In this document: one piece after another, positions 18,797 to 28,188 of the stretch
Position numbering within the stretch: position 1 is the stretch's first letter
How the letters are laid out: each line of letters opens with the position of its first letter
Assembly (NCBI GenBank): GCA_934793215.1
Contig: CAKVOP010000001.1
Coordinates: 66,280-130,279, forward strand
Source: an uncultured Clostridia bacterium
GTDB taxonomy: Bacteria; Bacillota; Clostridia; Christensenellales; UBA1242
DNA: 64,000 bases
Direction of reading: 5' to 3'
Translations under genes and position numbers: made by a program
Notes under the pieces: model-generated
The model's database searches: none
Told to the model about the DNA's origin: nothing
What the model saw: only the letters and a program-made list of their open reading frames with translations

Positions 18797-20814
18797 AAGT
18801 ATGCTTGGTTGGTAATCCTAACACAGGAAAAACCAGTCTTTTTAACACGCTTGCCTCTGCACATGAACATGTTGGCAACTGGCATGGAGTGACTGTAGAG
18901 GAAAAGGTAAAATCTTATCGCTATCACGGAGAGACGGTTGAACTTGTCGACTTGCCGGGGCTATATTCATTATGTCCATTGAGTTATGAAGAAGGCGTGG
19001 CTAGAGATTATATTTTAAAAGAAAAGGATAATGCTCTTTTTGTAAATATTTGTGATGAAAATAATCTTAATCGCAATCTTTATCTTACCCTTTGCCTTAT
19101 GGAACTAGGTGTAAAAATTGTTCTTGCAGTGAATCAAATGGGAAAGAGAAGAACTGTCAAAGTAGATTATGAAAAATTATCCGCTTTACTAGGTGTAAAA
19201 ATAGTGGTGCTTGATGCATGCAAAAAAGAAGATTGTCACAGGTTAAACGAGCAGATTTTATCTTATAACGAAAAGCCTAATTATAGACTTGAATATTTAA
19301 AAGAATTACATCTTCCGCGTGAGGGGACAAGTTTATATGAAAAAGTCAAACTGTTAGAAGGGGACGAACTCACATCACAGTCATTAAAGAAAAATGCCGA
19401 TTTTGCACAAGTGGACACCGTGGCAAAGACTAGGTTTGGTTACATTGATAGCATTCTTTCGACTTGTATGCAATCAGCAAAAAAAGTTTATGGGAAAAGC
19501 AAACTTGACAAAATATTATTAAATCGCTTTTTGGCTCTTCCTATATTTTTATGTTTTATCGCGTTAGCCTTTTATCTGACCTTTTTTTCGGTGGGGAAGT
19601 GGCTATCTTCTCTCACCGAAATATTGCTTGATAAACTTATAGGCTCACCTTTGATTTCCCTTTCAACCAAATGGTTTGGCGAAGGGACTATGACGAGTTT
19701 TGTGAGTGAGGCGTTGGTTGGTGGAATAGGTTCTGTTTTGACGTTCTTGCCACAAGTTGCACTATTATTTTTCTTTTTAAGCCTGCTTGAAGATAGCGGT
19801 TATCTTGCCCGAGTTGCATTTGTATTTGAGGATATTCTTGGGGGAATTGGGCTTTCTGGTAAAAGTGTATACACTCTTCTTATGGGGTTTGGGTGTTCGA
19901 CGACTGCGGTTTTAACGGCACGCAATATGGAAGATAAAAATTCAAAAATAAAAACTGCTTTGCTTTCCCCATATATGTCATGCTCGGCAAAATTTCCAGT
20001 TTACGCTGTTGTGGGCGGTGCATTTTTTGGAGCAAAAAATCTGTGGGTGATTTTGGGATTATATTTCCTTGGTGTGGTGGTCGCGATAACTCTGTCGTTC
20101 GTCTATGAAAAGACCTTGTTAAAAAGTAAGAAGCAGTCATTTATCCTAGAATTTCCGCCTTATAGGCTTATGAGTGCGAAAAGAACAATGAGCCTCTTGT
20201 GGCAAAATGTAAAACTTTTTATTGCTCGCGTGGGTGGTCTTATACTTTTAATGAATATCATAACATGGGTGCTTTCAAACTTTGCTTTTCCTTTTATTTA
20301 TGTTGGACAAAATGGGGTAAGCATGCTCGAAACTCTGGGGAAAATCCTTGCTCCAATCTTTGTTCCGCTAGGGTTTGGTTCTTGGGCGATTGTCAGCGCA
20401 TTAATTGCTGGACTGGTGGCAAAAGAAGTGATTTTATCCTCGCTTGCTATGTTTAATGGGGTGAGCGGGGAAGCACTTGGTGCCAGTCTTCTTGTGCCAA
20501 CGAGTGTGGTTTTCTTTTCATCAAAAGCCTCAGTTTTATCTTTCTTGGTTTTTACTTTGCTGTATTTCCCATGTCTTGCGTCTTTTGCTGTTTTAGTAAA
20601 AGAAGTGGGCAAAAAATGGGCGATAATAGGCTCGTTTGTCGAATTTGTGATTGCATATCTTATGTCTCTATGTGTATATAATCTTGCGAAACTGACGTTG
20701 ACTGGCATATGCACTATTATGCTTGGGATTGTGCTAGTTATCTCGATTGTAATCCTTGTTAAAAAAATGAAGAAAAAAGAGTGCCCTTACAAAGGGAAGT
20801 GTGGGGGCTGTTAA
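18793..20814 (+). CDS. feoB: ferrous iron transporter FeoB (with a Cys-rich C-terminal tail)
   Basis: G-domain LVGNPNTGKTSLFN followed by a polytopic membrane domain. It ends ...KKMKKKECPYKGKCGGC. Confidence 0.95.
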   Translation: MKVCLVGNPNTGKTSLFNTLASAHEHVGNWHGVTVEEKVKSYRYHGETVELVDLPGLYSLCPLSYEEGVARDYILKEKDNALFVNICDENNLNRNLYLTLCLMELGVKIVLAVNQMGKRRTVKVDYEKLSALLGVKIVVLDACKKEDCHRLNEQILSYNEKPNYRLEYLKELHLPREGTSLYEKVKLLEGDELTSQSLKKNADFAQVDTVAKTRFGYIDSILSTCMQSAKKVYGKSKLDKILLNRFLALPIFLCFIALAFYLTFFSVGKWLSSLTEILLDKLIGSPLISLSTKWFGEGTMTSFVSEALVGGIGSVLTFLPQVALLFFFLSLLEDSGYLARVAFVFEDILGGIGLSGKSVYTLLMGFGCSTTAVLTARNMEDKNSKIKTALLSPYMSCSAKFPVYAVVGGAFFGAKNLWVILGLYFLGVVVAITLSFVYEKTLLKSKKQSFILEFPPYRLMSAKRTMSLLWQNVKLFIARVGGLILLMNIITWVLSNFAFPFIYVGQNGVSMLETLGKILAPIFVPLGFGSWAIVSALIAGLVAKEVILSSLAMFNGVSGEALGASLLVPTSVVFFSSKASVLSFLVFTLLYFPCLASFAVLVKEVGKKWAIIGSFVEFVIAYLMSLCVYNLAKLTLTGICTIMLGIVLVISIVILVKKMKKKECPYKGKCGGC

Positions 20815-21069
20815 AATTTAGTCACCATTTTATAAGAGGTGGAATAAAAAATAACATGGGAAAGGAAAAAGAAAGTTCTAAATTTAAAATTATTTGCATT
20901 AAGGCACCAAAGTGGCTTAGTTTTTTATTGCGAAAATTTATTAAAAAAGCATAGACCTGACAGACTATTTGAGGTTTGTTTGCAATCAAAGAAAAGTCTT
21001 ATTGGGGTAATGCAAAGGGTTTTTATTGTTACTGCAATCAAAGATTGGCAAGTGGCGATTTTGTGCAAC

Positions 21070-21092
21070 AAAAAACTAGGCATAAAGCCTAG
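21070..21092 (-). terminator. Rho-independent terminator of rpmB
   Basis: On the minus strand: CTAGGC-TTTAT-GCCTAG followed by TTTTTT. Confidence 0.7.
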
Positions 21093-21128
21093 CAAAAACA
21101 AATGGACAAGCGTCCACGATTATAAGTT

Positions 21129-21311
21129 TTAGCCTTTCTTTGCAGTTCTAATGCATTTAGTGCAGGCTTTAACAGTCTTTTCTTGTCCATCAACTTCAAC
21201 AGTTGTCTTTTGAAGGTTAAGGTCATAAGTTCTGTTATATTTCTTGTTAGAGAAAGAAACTTGTTTGCCAGTCATCTTGCCTCTTCCGCATATTTCACAT
21301 ACTTTGCTCAT
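21129..21311 (-). CDS. rpmB: 50S ribosomal protein L28
   Basis: MSKVCEICGRGKMTGKQVSFSNKKYNRTY... is a typical L28. Confidence 0.95.
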   Translation of the reverse strand: MSKVCEICGRGKMTGKQVSFSNKKYNRTYDLNLQKTTVEVDGQEKTVKACTKCIRTAKKG

Positions 21312-21478
21312 TTTTTCAGTCCTCCGCTTTTTATTATTTGCACTTAACTATATCATTTATTAAGAAAAAAATCAACCTTTTTTATAAAATTTTTACCAAC
21401 AACCTAAAAAAGGGTTGTTTTTTTTGGTAATATATAGTATTATATAAAAGGCGAACTATCTAAAATAGGAGGAATGAG

Positions 21479-21829
21479 TTGACAGTCGATACTAACAATT
21501 ATTATGGCAATATTTCAATCTCCGACAACTCGATTAGGGCTGTTGCGGGCTATGCCGCTCTTGATTGCTATGGCGTTGTTGACCTCGTTTCAAGATCAAT
21601 CACAGATAGTGCAAGAGAATTATTAAAAAAAGAATCTTATTCCAAGGGAATCAAGATTAGTCATATCGACAACAGAATATACATTGATGTTTACTGTATA
21701 TTGAAGTATGGTGTTTCAATTAGTGCAGTAGCAGAGTCTTTGCGTAAGGCAGTTAAATACAGCGTGGAAAACTTCACGGGTATGCTTGTTGACGCCGTTA
21801 ATGTTCATGTTGTCGGGGTTAGAGTTTAG
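21479..21829 (+). CDS. Asp23/Gls24 family envelope stress protein (YloU-like)
   Basis: ISDNSIRAVAGYAALDCYGVV motif. TTG start 7 nt after AGGAGG. Paired with the DAK2 gene as in yloU-yloV. Confidence 0.8.
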   Translation: MTVDTNNYYGNISISDNSIRAVAGYAALDCYGVVDLVSRSITDSARELLKKESYSKGIKISHIDNRIYIDVYCILKYGVSISAVAESLRKAVKYSVENFTGMLVDAVNVHVVGVRV

Positions 21830-21843
21830 GAGAATTTTTAGTT

Positions 21844-23478
21844 ATGATTAAAACGATTAACGGGGCAACTTTCCGTAAAATGATTGTTGCCGGCGCAGGC
21901 CTTTTAGAGCAAAATAAAAAGTATGTTGACTCGCTCAATGTATTCCCAGTTCCAGACGGAGACACAGGAACTAACATGTTCCTTACCATGAAAAGTGCTG
22001 TAAATGAACTTTCACAATGCATAAACAACAATATTGATTCACTCAGTCAAGCATTTGCAAAAGGTGCACTTCGTGGCGCAAGAGGAAACAGTGGTGTTAT
22101 CACATCTCAAATCTTTAAGGGATTTTGCAGTGAAACAGCCAAGGTTAGTGAGATTACAACCAAAGTTTTTGCGAAGGCTATGCAAGAAGGTGCAAACGTG
22201 GCTTACAAGGCCGTAACAAAGCCAAAAGAAGGGACAATTCTTACTGTTATCCGCGTTATGGCAGAAAGTGCTGTTAATCTTGCAAAAAAATATGATGATT
22301 TCGAGATCTTCTTAAAGGAAGTCCTTGCAATAGGAGAAGAGATTTTAAGTCAAACACCTGAAATGCTTCCAGTCCTTAAAAAGGCAGGAGTTGTAGACGC
22401 GGGCGGACGCGGAATCCTTGTTATTTTTACAGGTTTTTATAAACTAATCATTGGGGAAGAAGACTTTGAATTTCAGTTTGAAGACGAGAAAAAGCCTCAA
22501 ACTGTTGATGATGTTATTGCTGATATCAATGCACTTGAAGATATCAAATTTGGCTATTGTACAGAATACATGATTATTCACATGAAAAAGAAAACCACTG
22601 AAGCAGATATTGATAAACTTCGTGAAAAACTTTGCGAACTCGGTGATTCGGTGATTTGTATTGGGGATCTCAACCTTGTAAAAGTTCATGTTCACTCTAA
22701 CGAGCCAAATAAAGCACTTGAATATGCTATGGAACTTGGTGAACTTTACAACTTAAAAATCGAAAATATGCGTGAGCAAAATCGTGAACTTAAAAAGAAA
22801 GCAACCGCAGAGGTTGAAACTAAAGAAAATGGAATGATCGCTGTTGCCCCTGGTGAAGGACTAGCTGCTGTGTATAAAGACCTTGGAGTCGACGAGATTA
22901 TCGTAGGCGGACAAACTATGAACCCTTCTGCTGCTGATATTGCAGCTGCGGCAGATAAGGTTCCTGCAAGAAATGTTTTTGTTTTCCCAAACAATAAAAA
23001 CATCATACTTGCGGCACAACAAGCAAATGATCTTACAAACAAAAATCTTATTATTATTCCAACACGCTCAATTCCAGAAGGAATTACTGCTGCTATCGCA
23101 TTTAATCCTGATGGTGAAGTGGGGGAAAACACAGAGGCTATGACTGACGCTATCAAAGGTGTTAAGTCTGGTTCTGTAACTTATGCTGTAAGAGATACTC
23201 ATGTAGATGGATTTGACCTTTCGGTTGGTGAAATTATTGGACTTGACGACAAGGCAATCCTTGCAAAGGGCAAACTTGTGGCAGACACAACAGAGGCTCT
23301 TATTGATAAAATGATGAGTGATGAAATCATGAATATTACTCTTTTCTACGGAGAAGATATTCGTGAGGAAGAGGCGAATGCTCTTTGTGAGCGTCTTGCC
23401 ATTGCATATCCAAATTGCGAAGTAAGTGCTGTTTATGGTGGACAACCAGTTTACTATTATCTTGTAAGCTTGGAATAA
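21844..23478 (+). CDS. DAK2 domain-containing protein (YloV/DegV-associated family)
   Basis: VPDGDTGTNM Dak2 motif; 544 aa; canonical partner of the Asp23-like gene. Confidence 0.85.
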   Translation: MIKTINGATFRKMIVAGAGLLEQNKKYVDSLNVFPVPDGDTGTNMFLTMKSAVNELSQCINNNIDSLSQAFAKGALRGARGNSGVITSQIFKGFCSETAKVSEITTKVFAKAMQEGANVAYKAVTKPKEGTILTVIRVMAESAVNLAKKYDDFEIFLKEVLAIGEEILSQTPEMLPVLKKAGVVDAGGRGILVIFTGFYKLIIGEEDFEFQFEDEKKPQTVDDVIADINALEDIKFGYCTEYMIIHMKKKTTEADIDKLREKLCELGDSVICIGDLNLVKVHVHSNEPNKALEYAMELGELYNLKIENMREQNRELKKKATAEVETKENGMIAVAPGEGLAAVYKDLGVDEIIVGGQTMNPSAADIAAAADKVPARNVFVFPNNKNIILAAQQANDLTNKNLIIIPTRSIPEGITAAIAFNPDGEVGENTEAMTDAIKGVKSGSVTYAVRDTHVDGFDLSVGEIIGLDDKAILAKGKLVADTTEALIDKMMSDEIMNITLFYGEDIREEEANALCERLAIAYPNCEVSAVYGGQPVYYYLVSLE

Positions 23479-23512
23479 TAAATGATTAAAATATTGACTT
23501 TCTTTTGAATGT

Positions 23513-23629
23513 CAATAATTTAACGAGGCGGAAGAAGTATTTTGCGACGCAAAACACTGGGCTGGCAATTTGCCAGCCTTTTTCGTATGCACATTTGTGC
23601 ATATGAAAGTCTTCCGCCAATAATATTGA
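23513..23629 (+). other. nested multi-hairpin element (candidate structured RNA or palindromic intergenic element)
   Basis: The closing 9-bp helix GGCGGAAGA (23527-23535) / TCTTCCGCC (23610-23618) encloses three hairpins: TTTTGC-GAC-GCAAAA, GGCTGGCA-ATT-TGCCAGCC and TATGCAC-ATTT-GTGCATA. An outer TCAATA/TATTGA pairing is also possible. Confidence 0.5.
23560..23583 (+). terminator. terminator-like hairpin inside the nested element (likely end of the asp23-DAK2 transcript)
   Basis: GGCTGGCA-ATT-TGCCAGCC followed by TTTTT. Confidence 0.6.
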
Positions 23630-23870
23630 GAAATTGCGAGAAGGCAAAAGTTATAAAGCCATTTTATATTTATTTGAGCCCTGCGGATTTTGTTAAGGCG
23701 AGAGTTTTAAGAGCCGATTAACAGACACGCTTAACCAATTTAAAGAATGAAAGATAATTGATTAAAACATTTTAAATGTATAGATAAAGCCAGACAAAAC
23801 AAAAAAAATTTCAATTTCTTTACTTTTTATAAACAAAAAATATAAAAATTAGAATAAAACCATTATTTTT

Positions 23871-23898
23871 TTGCATTTTTTAATAAAAATGTTATAAT
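23871..23898 (+). promoter_or_regulatory. sigma-A promoter placed so that tlyA would be leaderless
   Basis: TTGCAT (23871-23876), 16 nt spacer, TGtTATAAT (-10 at 23893-23898). The ATG at 23905 lies 7 nt past the -10 and has no SD. Confidence 0.55.
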
Positions 23899-23904
23899 TA
23901 CTAT

Positions 23905-24672
23905 ATGAGAATTGATTTATTTTTAACAAAAAATGGATATGCTCAAAGCCGAGCGAAAGCCCAAACAATGATTGAAGAGGGGCTGGTTAGTATAAACGGC
24001 AAAACAATAGAAAAGCCTTCTTTTGAAGTTGATGATAAAGAGACTATTGAAGTTAAACAACACAATCAATATGTTTCGAGGGGTGCACAAAAACTTCTTG
24101 GAGCAATAAATGCGTTTAAACTAAACTTTAAAGATTTGATTGTGCTTGACATGGGTTCGTCAACTGGAGGGTTTACCCAAATCGCTCTTGAACATGGTGC
24201 ACAAAAAGTGATTGCTGTCGATGTGGGGAAGGGCCAACTTGACAAGTCTTTGCGTGAGAACAAAAGGGTGATTTCACTAGAAGAGCGAGATATTAGAACG
24301 CTAAACGAAAGTGAAGTAAAAGGGGTTAAAATTGTAATAGGTGATCTTTCATTTATTTCACTTACAAAAATATTGCCCCATATAAAAACGCTTCTTGGGA
24401 ATGTAGAAATGTGTGTCCTTTTTAAACCACAATTTGAATGCGGGAAAATTTTGGCGAAAAAATGCAAGGGTGTTATAAAAGACGAGAAAACTCATGTGAG
24501 ACTTTTAAATGAGTTTTGTGAGTACATCTCTACTCTTGGCTATTTTGTATGTGGGCTTTGCTCATCACCCATTAAAGGTGGAGATGGCAATAGAGAATAT
24601 CTGGTTCATTTGAATGGTCATAAGACTCCTTATAATATCGAAGAGGTAGTAAAGGCGAATTTTGCAAAATAG
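23905..24672 (+). CDS. tlyA: TlyA family rRNA (cytidine-2'-O)-methyltransferase
   Basis: N-terminal S4 domain (MRIDLFLTKNGYAQSRAKAQ) and FtsJ-type motif LDMGSSTGGFT. Confidence 0.85.
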   Translation: MRIDLFLTKNGYAQSRAKAQTMIEEGLVSINGKTIEKPSFEVDDKETIEVKQHNQYVSRGAQKLLGAINAFKLNFKDLIVLDMGSSTGGFTQIALEHGAQKVIAVDVGKGQLDKSLRENKRVISLEERDIRTLNESEVKGVKIVIGDLSFISLTKILPHIKTLLGNVEMCVLFKPQFECGKILAKKCKGVIKDEKTHVRLLNEFCEYISTLGYFVCGLCSSPIKGGDGNREYLVHLNGHKTPYNIEEVVKANFAK

Positions 24673-24788
24673 GGCGTTCAATTTTGGTTTTTATTAGTTT
24701 CAAAAATATTAAGAGTTAAATCTTAACATGCAAGAATAGAGGTAGAGATTATTATTTACTTTAAAAGCATGCTTGAATATTTATATTA

Positions 24789-24824
24789 AAAAAGGCTTCT
24801 GTTTAATTTTACAAAAGCCTTTTT
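24789..24824. terminator. bidirectional terminator-like hairpin between convergent genes
   Basis: AAAAAGGCTT...AAGCCTTTTT with a 16-nt loop. Confidence 0.45.
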
Positions 24825-24922
24825 ATTAAATAATTAATTGAAAAATGGCAAAATATTTGTATTTTTTATTAAAATTTCACCATTTTTTCAATATTTTGTG
24901 TAATTTAGATTTATTTTAGAGA

Positions 24923-25603
24923 TTAAATATTGTTTAGGTTGTTGAAAGCCTGTGCTGACACTGCGCTTGGATAGAGTGGTAAATCTTGAAGTCCACGGCA
25001 AGCGTTTGAGCAATTATCACATACTTGACAAGGTGGAATCACTGGATAGCCATAACTTGGAACTAAAATATCAACAGGACTAGTAACTTTTACAATAATT
25101 CTCAAACAGCCAGTAACGGTGAAAGTGTTTTCAGCAGTATATGTGCCGATTTGACTTGAAAAGATTGCAGTCGCTGTGATATTGATTGGACTTTGTGAAG
25201 GTTGTGGAACAAATAGAACTGCTGTTTTGTTGACTACAAGGCTACTTGTGCCAGTGCCTACTGTGCCATTTGCATCTCGATAAGTTACAGTAAGTGGAAT
25301 AGTGATTGTCATTGATATGTTTGCATAGTTAGGATTGTTTTCTAGTCTGTCAATCACAATGTCGCTGACAGTAACATCAGTGCCGATTTGATTTGTTGCA
25401 GAAATGTAAGTAAGTGGAAGAACTGGATTTGCAGGATTGAAATTAGTAACAGGGAGAATCACTCCTGTTTCTGTTGTTTGTGTAACGCACGCGTCAAAAA
25501 TCTTTGTGGTTTCAATTAAAACCTTTTCACAAATTCCATTCATAGGGTTTCCTGCAATTGGCCCTGGGCGAAATGGATTTGTATTGTTGATATAAAATGA
25601 CAT
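24923..25603 (-). CDS. hypothetical beta-rich protein with a Cys-rich C-terminus (candidate spore-surface structural protein)
   Basis: Strong AGGAGG RBS. 226 aa, Thr/Val/Asn/Pro-rich. ICEKVLIETTKIFDAC motif near the N-terminus and PPCQVCDNCSNAC near the C-terminus. I recognise no family with confidence. Confidence 0.6.
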   Translation of the reverse strand: MSFYINNTNPFRPGPIAGNPMNGICEKVLIETTKIFDACVTQTTETGVILPVTNFNPANPVLPLTYISATNQIGTDVTVSDIVIDRLENNPNYANISMTITIPLTVTYRDANGTVGTGTSSLVVNKTAVLFVPQPSQSPINITATAIFSSQIGTYTAENTFTVTGCLRIIVKVTSPVDILVPSYGYPVIPPCQVCDNCSNACRGLQDLPLYPSAVSAQAFNNLNNI

Positions 25604-25650
25604 TTTTACCTCCTGATTTTACATGATTTTATCGTAAAACCGCTACACTT

Positions 25651-25678
25651 CAATATATGTCGCGTTTATGCGATATGT
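25651..25678 (-). promoter_or_regulatory. possible mother-cell (SigK/SigE-type) promoter for the 226-aa gene
   Basis: The minus strand reads AC, 17 nt, CATATATTG, close to the SigK consensus AC-17-CATAnnnTA. About 45 nt upstream of the start codon. Confidence 0.3.
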
Positions 25679-25684
25679 GAAAGG

Positions 25685-25713
25685 TTTACATTTTTAAATT
25701 TGCATGATATAAT
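25685..25713 (+). promoter_or_regulatory. sigma-A promoter of prfB
   Basis: TTTACA, 17 nt spacer, TGaTATAAT. Confidence 0.6.
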
Positions 25714-25737
25714 AAAAGCAGTAGAAAGGAGAAATAT

Positions 25738-26836
25738 ATGATACTTGATAATGTAAAAGAAAGATTGGCTGGGAAAAAAGAAGAAATTGATTTTATAAAG
25801 GAGTGTCTTTGACTCCGCCAAATGTGAAAGCGAAATAAGTGCTCTTAAAAAAGAACAACTTTCGCCAAACTTTTATCTAGACTCTTCGCGAGTGCTTGAA
25901 GTTGGTAAAAAAATCAAACATTTTGAAGGGAGACTAAAAACAATAGCAGACCTTGAAAGAATGTATAATGATTGCGTGGCGTGCGTTGAACTTGTTGAAG
26001 AGACACACGACAGTTCGCTTGATAGCGAAGTAGAAGATAGTTTGCACGCTCTTGAAGAAGCAGTTGAAAAAACAAAAATCCAAACTCTTCTAGATGGTAA
26101 ATATGATTCAAACGATGCAATTATCACTCTTCATGCAGGGGCAGGTGGAACAGAAGCACAGGACTGGACTGAAATGCTTTATCGTATGTATTGTATGTAT
26201 AGTGAAAAGGCTGGGTTCAAAGTCAAAGTGCTTGATGTGTTGAGTGGCGACGAGGCTGGACTTAAAGGTATTACTTTTGAAGTGGAGGGAGATAACGCAT
26301 ACGGTTTTTTAAAGGCTGAAAAGGGGGTGCACAGACTTGTAAGAATTTCCCCATTTGACTCCAATGCAAGAAGACACACTTCTTTTGCCAGCGTTGAAGT
26401 TATGCCAAAACTTGAAGAAAAGCCCAATATTGAAATAAGACCCGAAGACTTAAAAATTGACACATATCACGCAAGCGGAGCGGGTGGACAACACATTAAC
26501 AAAACCGAGTCTGCGGTTAGAATTACACACATTCCAACTGGTTTCATTGTTGCTTGTCAAACGGAAAGAAGTCAAACGCAAAATAAAGAAACTGCAATGA
26601 GTATGCTTTATTCAAAACTTGTTGAGAAAGAAGAGCGTGAGGAAATGGAAAAACTTGCTTCTATCCGTGGTGAAGTTAAAAAGATAGAATGGGGAAGTCA
26701 AATTCGTAGTTATGTCTTCTGTCCTTATACTCTTGTAAAAGACCACAGAACAGGTTATGAAGATAGTAATATACAGTCTGTTATGGATGGGAATATTCAA
26801 GAATTTATTAATGAATATCTTAAAAAATCTCATTAA
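25738..26836 (+). CDS. prfB: peptide chain release factor 2 (programmed +1 frameshift at 25807-25813)
   Basis: Frame 0 is MILDNVKERLAGKKEEIDFIKECL followed by TGA. The +1 frame continues DSAKCESEISALKK... into the tracked ORF. The SPF and GGQ motifs are present. Confidence 0.95.
25798..25813 (+). promoter_or_regulatory. RF2 autoregulatory +1 frameshift site
   Basis: The internal SD-like AAGGAG is followed 3 nt later by CTT TGA C, the same slippery/stop context as E. coli prfB. Confidence 0.9.
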
Positions 26837-26895
26837 ATGTAAAAAATGTGCCCTTTTTGCAAATTGGACTTCAATTATGGCAGATATTTAAACTG

Positions 26896-26931
26896 AAAAA
26901 TCATTTTCACAAAATTAGAAAATGATTTTTT
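26896..26931 (+). terminator. Rho-independent terminator after prfB
   Basis: 13-bp AT-rich stem AAAAATCATTTTC / GAAAATGATTTTT running into T residues. Confidence 0.55.
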
Positions 26932-26993
26932 ATTTGTGGGCTGTTGCCTGCTAAACGATTGAAAAAATTAAAAGGTTGTGATATAATAACAGC

Positions 26994-28055
26994 ATGAACT
27001 ATCAAGAAAGAATGAAAGAAAAATTTATGGCACTCAAAGACAAAAAAGATGTCTTAATTTTGTCAATCGAGTCATCTTGTGATGAAACAAGTGTTGCTAT
27101 AGTAAAAAATGGACGCGAGGTTTTGGCAAATATTATAACTACACAGATCCCTATTCATAGACGCTTTGGCGGTGTCGTTCCAGAAGTTGCATCACGAAAC
27201 CATATCCTTGCGATTTCAAATATCTATGAAGAGGCACTTGAAAAAGCAAACATAAAAAAGGAAGATATCGATGCTATCGCCGTGACTTATGGTGCGGGGC
27301 TTATAGGGGCTTTGCTTGTTGGGGTCAACTTCGCGAAGGGACTCGCATACAGTCTTGATAAACCGCTGATTGCAGTTAGTCATGTGCATGGGCATATAAG
27401 TGCCAACTATATTTCTCACCCAGAATTAGAGCCTCCATTTGTATGTCTCATGATAAGCGGTGGGCATAGCGCACTTTTGAATGTGGAAAGCTATAACAAA
27501 TTTACCTTTTTAGGCTCAACGGTAGACGACGCTGTTGGTGAGGCTTTTGATAAGGTTGCACGTGTTTTGGCCCTTCCTTACCCAGGCGGTCCAGAGATTG
27601 ACAAACTCGCAAAGGAAGGACAAAGAAAGTATAACTTTATAGTTTCTAAAAGTTTGAATAATACTCTTAATTTTTCATTTAGTGGGATAAAAACCGAAGT
27701 GGTAAACCTTGTTCACAATGCACATCAAAAAGGCGAAGATGTAAACCCGGCAGATGTTGCGTGCTCTTTCCAAGAGGCTGTTACTGACGAACTGGTCACT
27801 AAATCTCTACGTGCTTGCAGACAAACAGGCATTAAAAAACTCGTAGTGGCGGGTGGGGTTGGAGCAAATTCTTGCTTGCGAGGGAAACTTGACAAAATGT
27901 CAAAAGAGAATGATATAGAATGCTATTATCCAGTTCTAACTTATTGCACCGATAATGCTGCAATGATTGGGTCAATGGCTTACTATATGATGAAGGAAGG
28001 CCTGGGGCTTGCAGACCTCGACCTAACTGCAAAGCCAAATGTGGAATTAAAATAG
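26994..28055 (+). CDS. tsaD: tRNA N6-adenosine threonylcarbamoyltransferase TsaD
   Basis: ILSIESSCDETSVAIV, HVHGHI and ISGGHS motifs. Confidence 0.9.
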   Translation: MNYQERMKEKFMALKDKKDVLILSIESSCDETSVAIVKNGREVLANIITTQIPIHRRFGGVVPEVASRNHILAISNIYEEALEKANIKKEDIDAIAVTYGAGLIGALLVGVNFAKGLAYSLDKPLIAVSHVHGHISANYISHPELEPPFVCLMISGGHSALLNVESYNKFTFLGSTVDDAVGEAFDKVARVLALPYPGGPEIDKLAKEGQRKYNFIVSKSLNNTLNFSFSGIKTEVVNLVHNAHQKGEDVNPADVACSFQEAVTDELVTKSLRACRQTGIKKLVVAGGVGANSCLRGKLDKMSKENDIECYYPVLTYCTDNAAMIGSMAYYMMKEGLGLADLDLTAKPNVELK

Positions 28056-28188
28056 AAAAGATAATTAAGATAAAAATTTTGAAGTATTAGAAATATAAAT
28101 GTAAAAAGATTTAAATAAAAACTTCAAAAGTAAAATAAATTGTTAAATTTATTTAAAATAATTTAATTTTTATATAAGAGAGGTGAAA

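Noticed and set aside
20857-20955. 32-codon ORF (MGKEKESSKFKIICIKAPKWLSFLLRKFIKKA) just after feoB
   Set aside because: The RBS is weak, I recognise no family, and the ORF is too short to support without conservation data.
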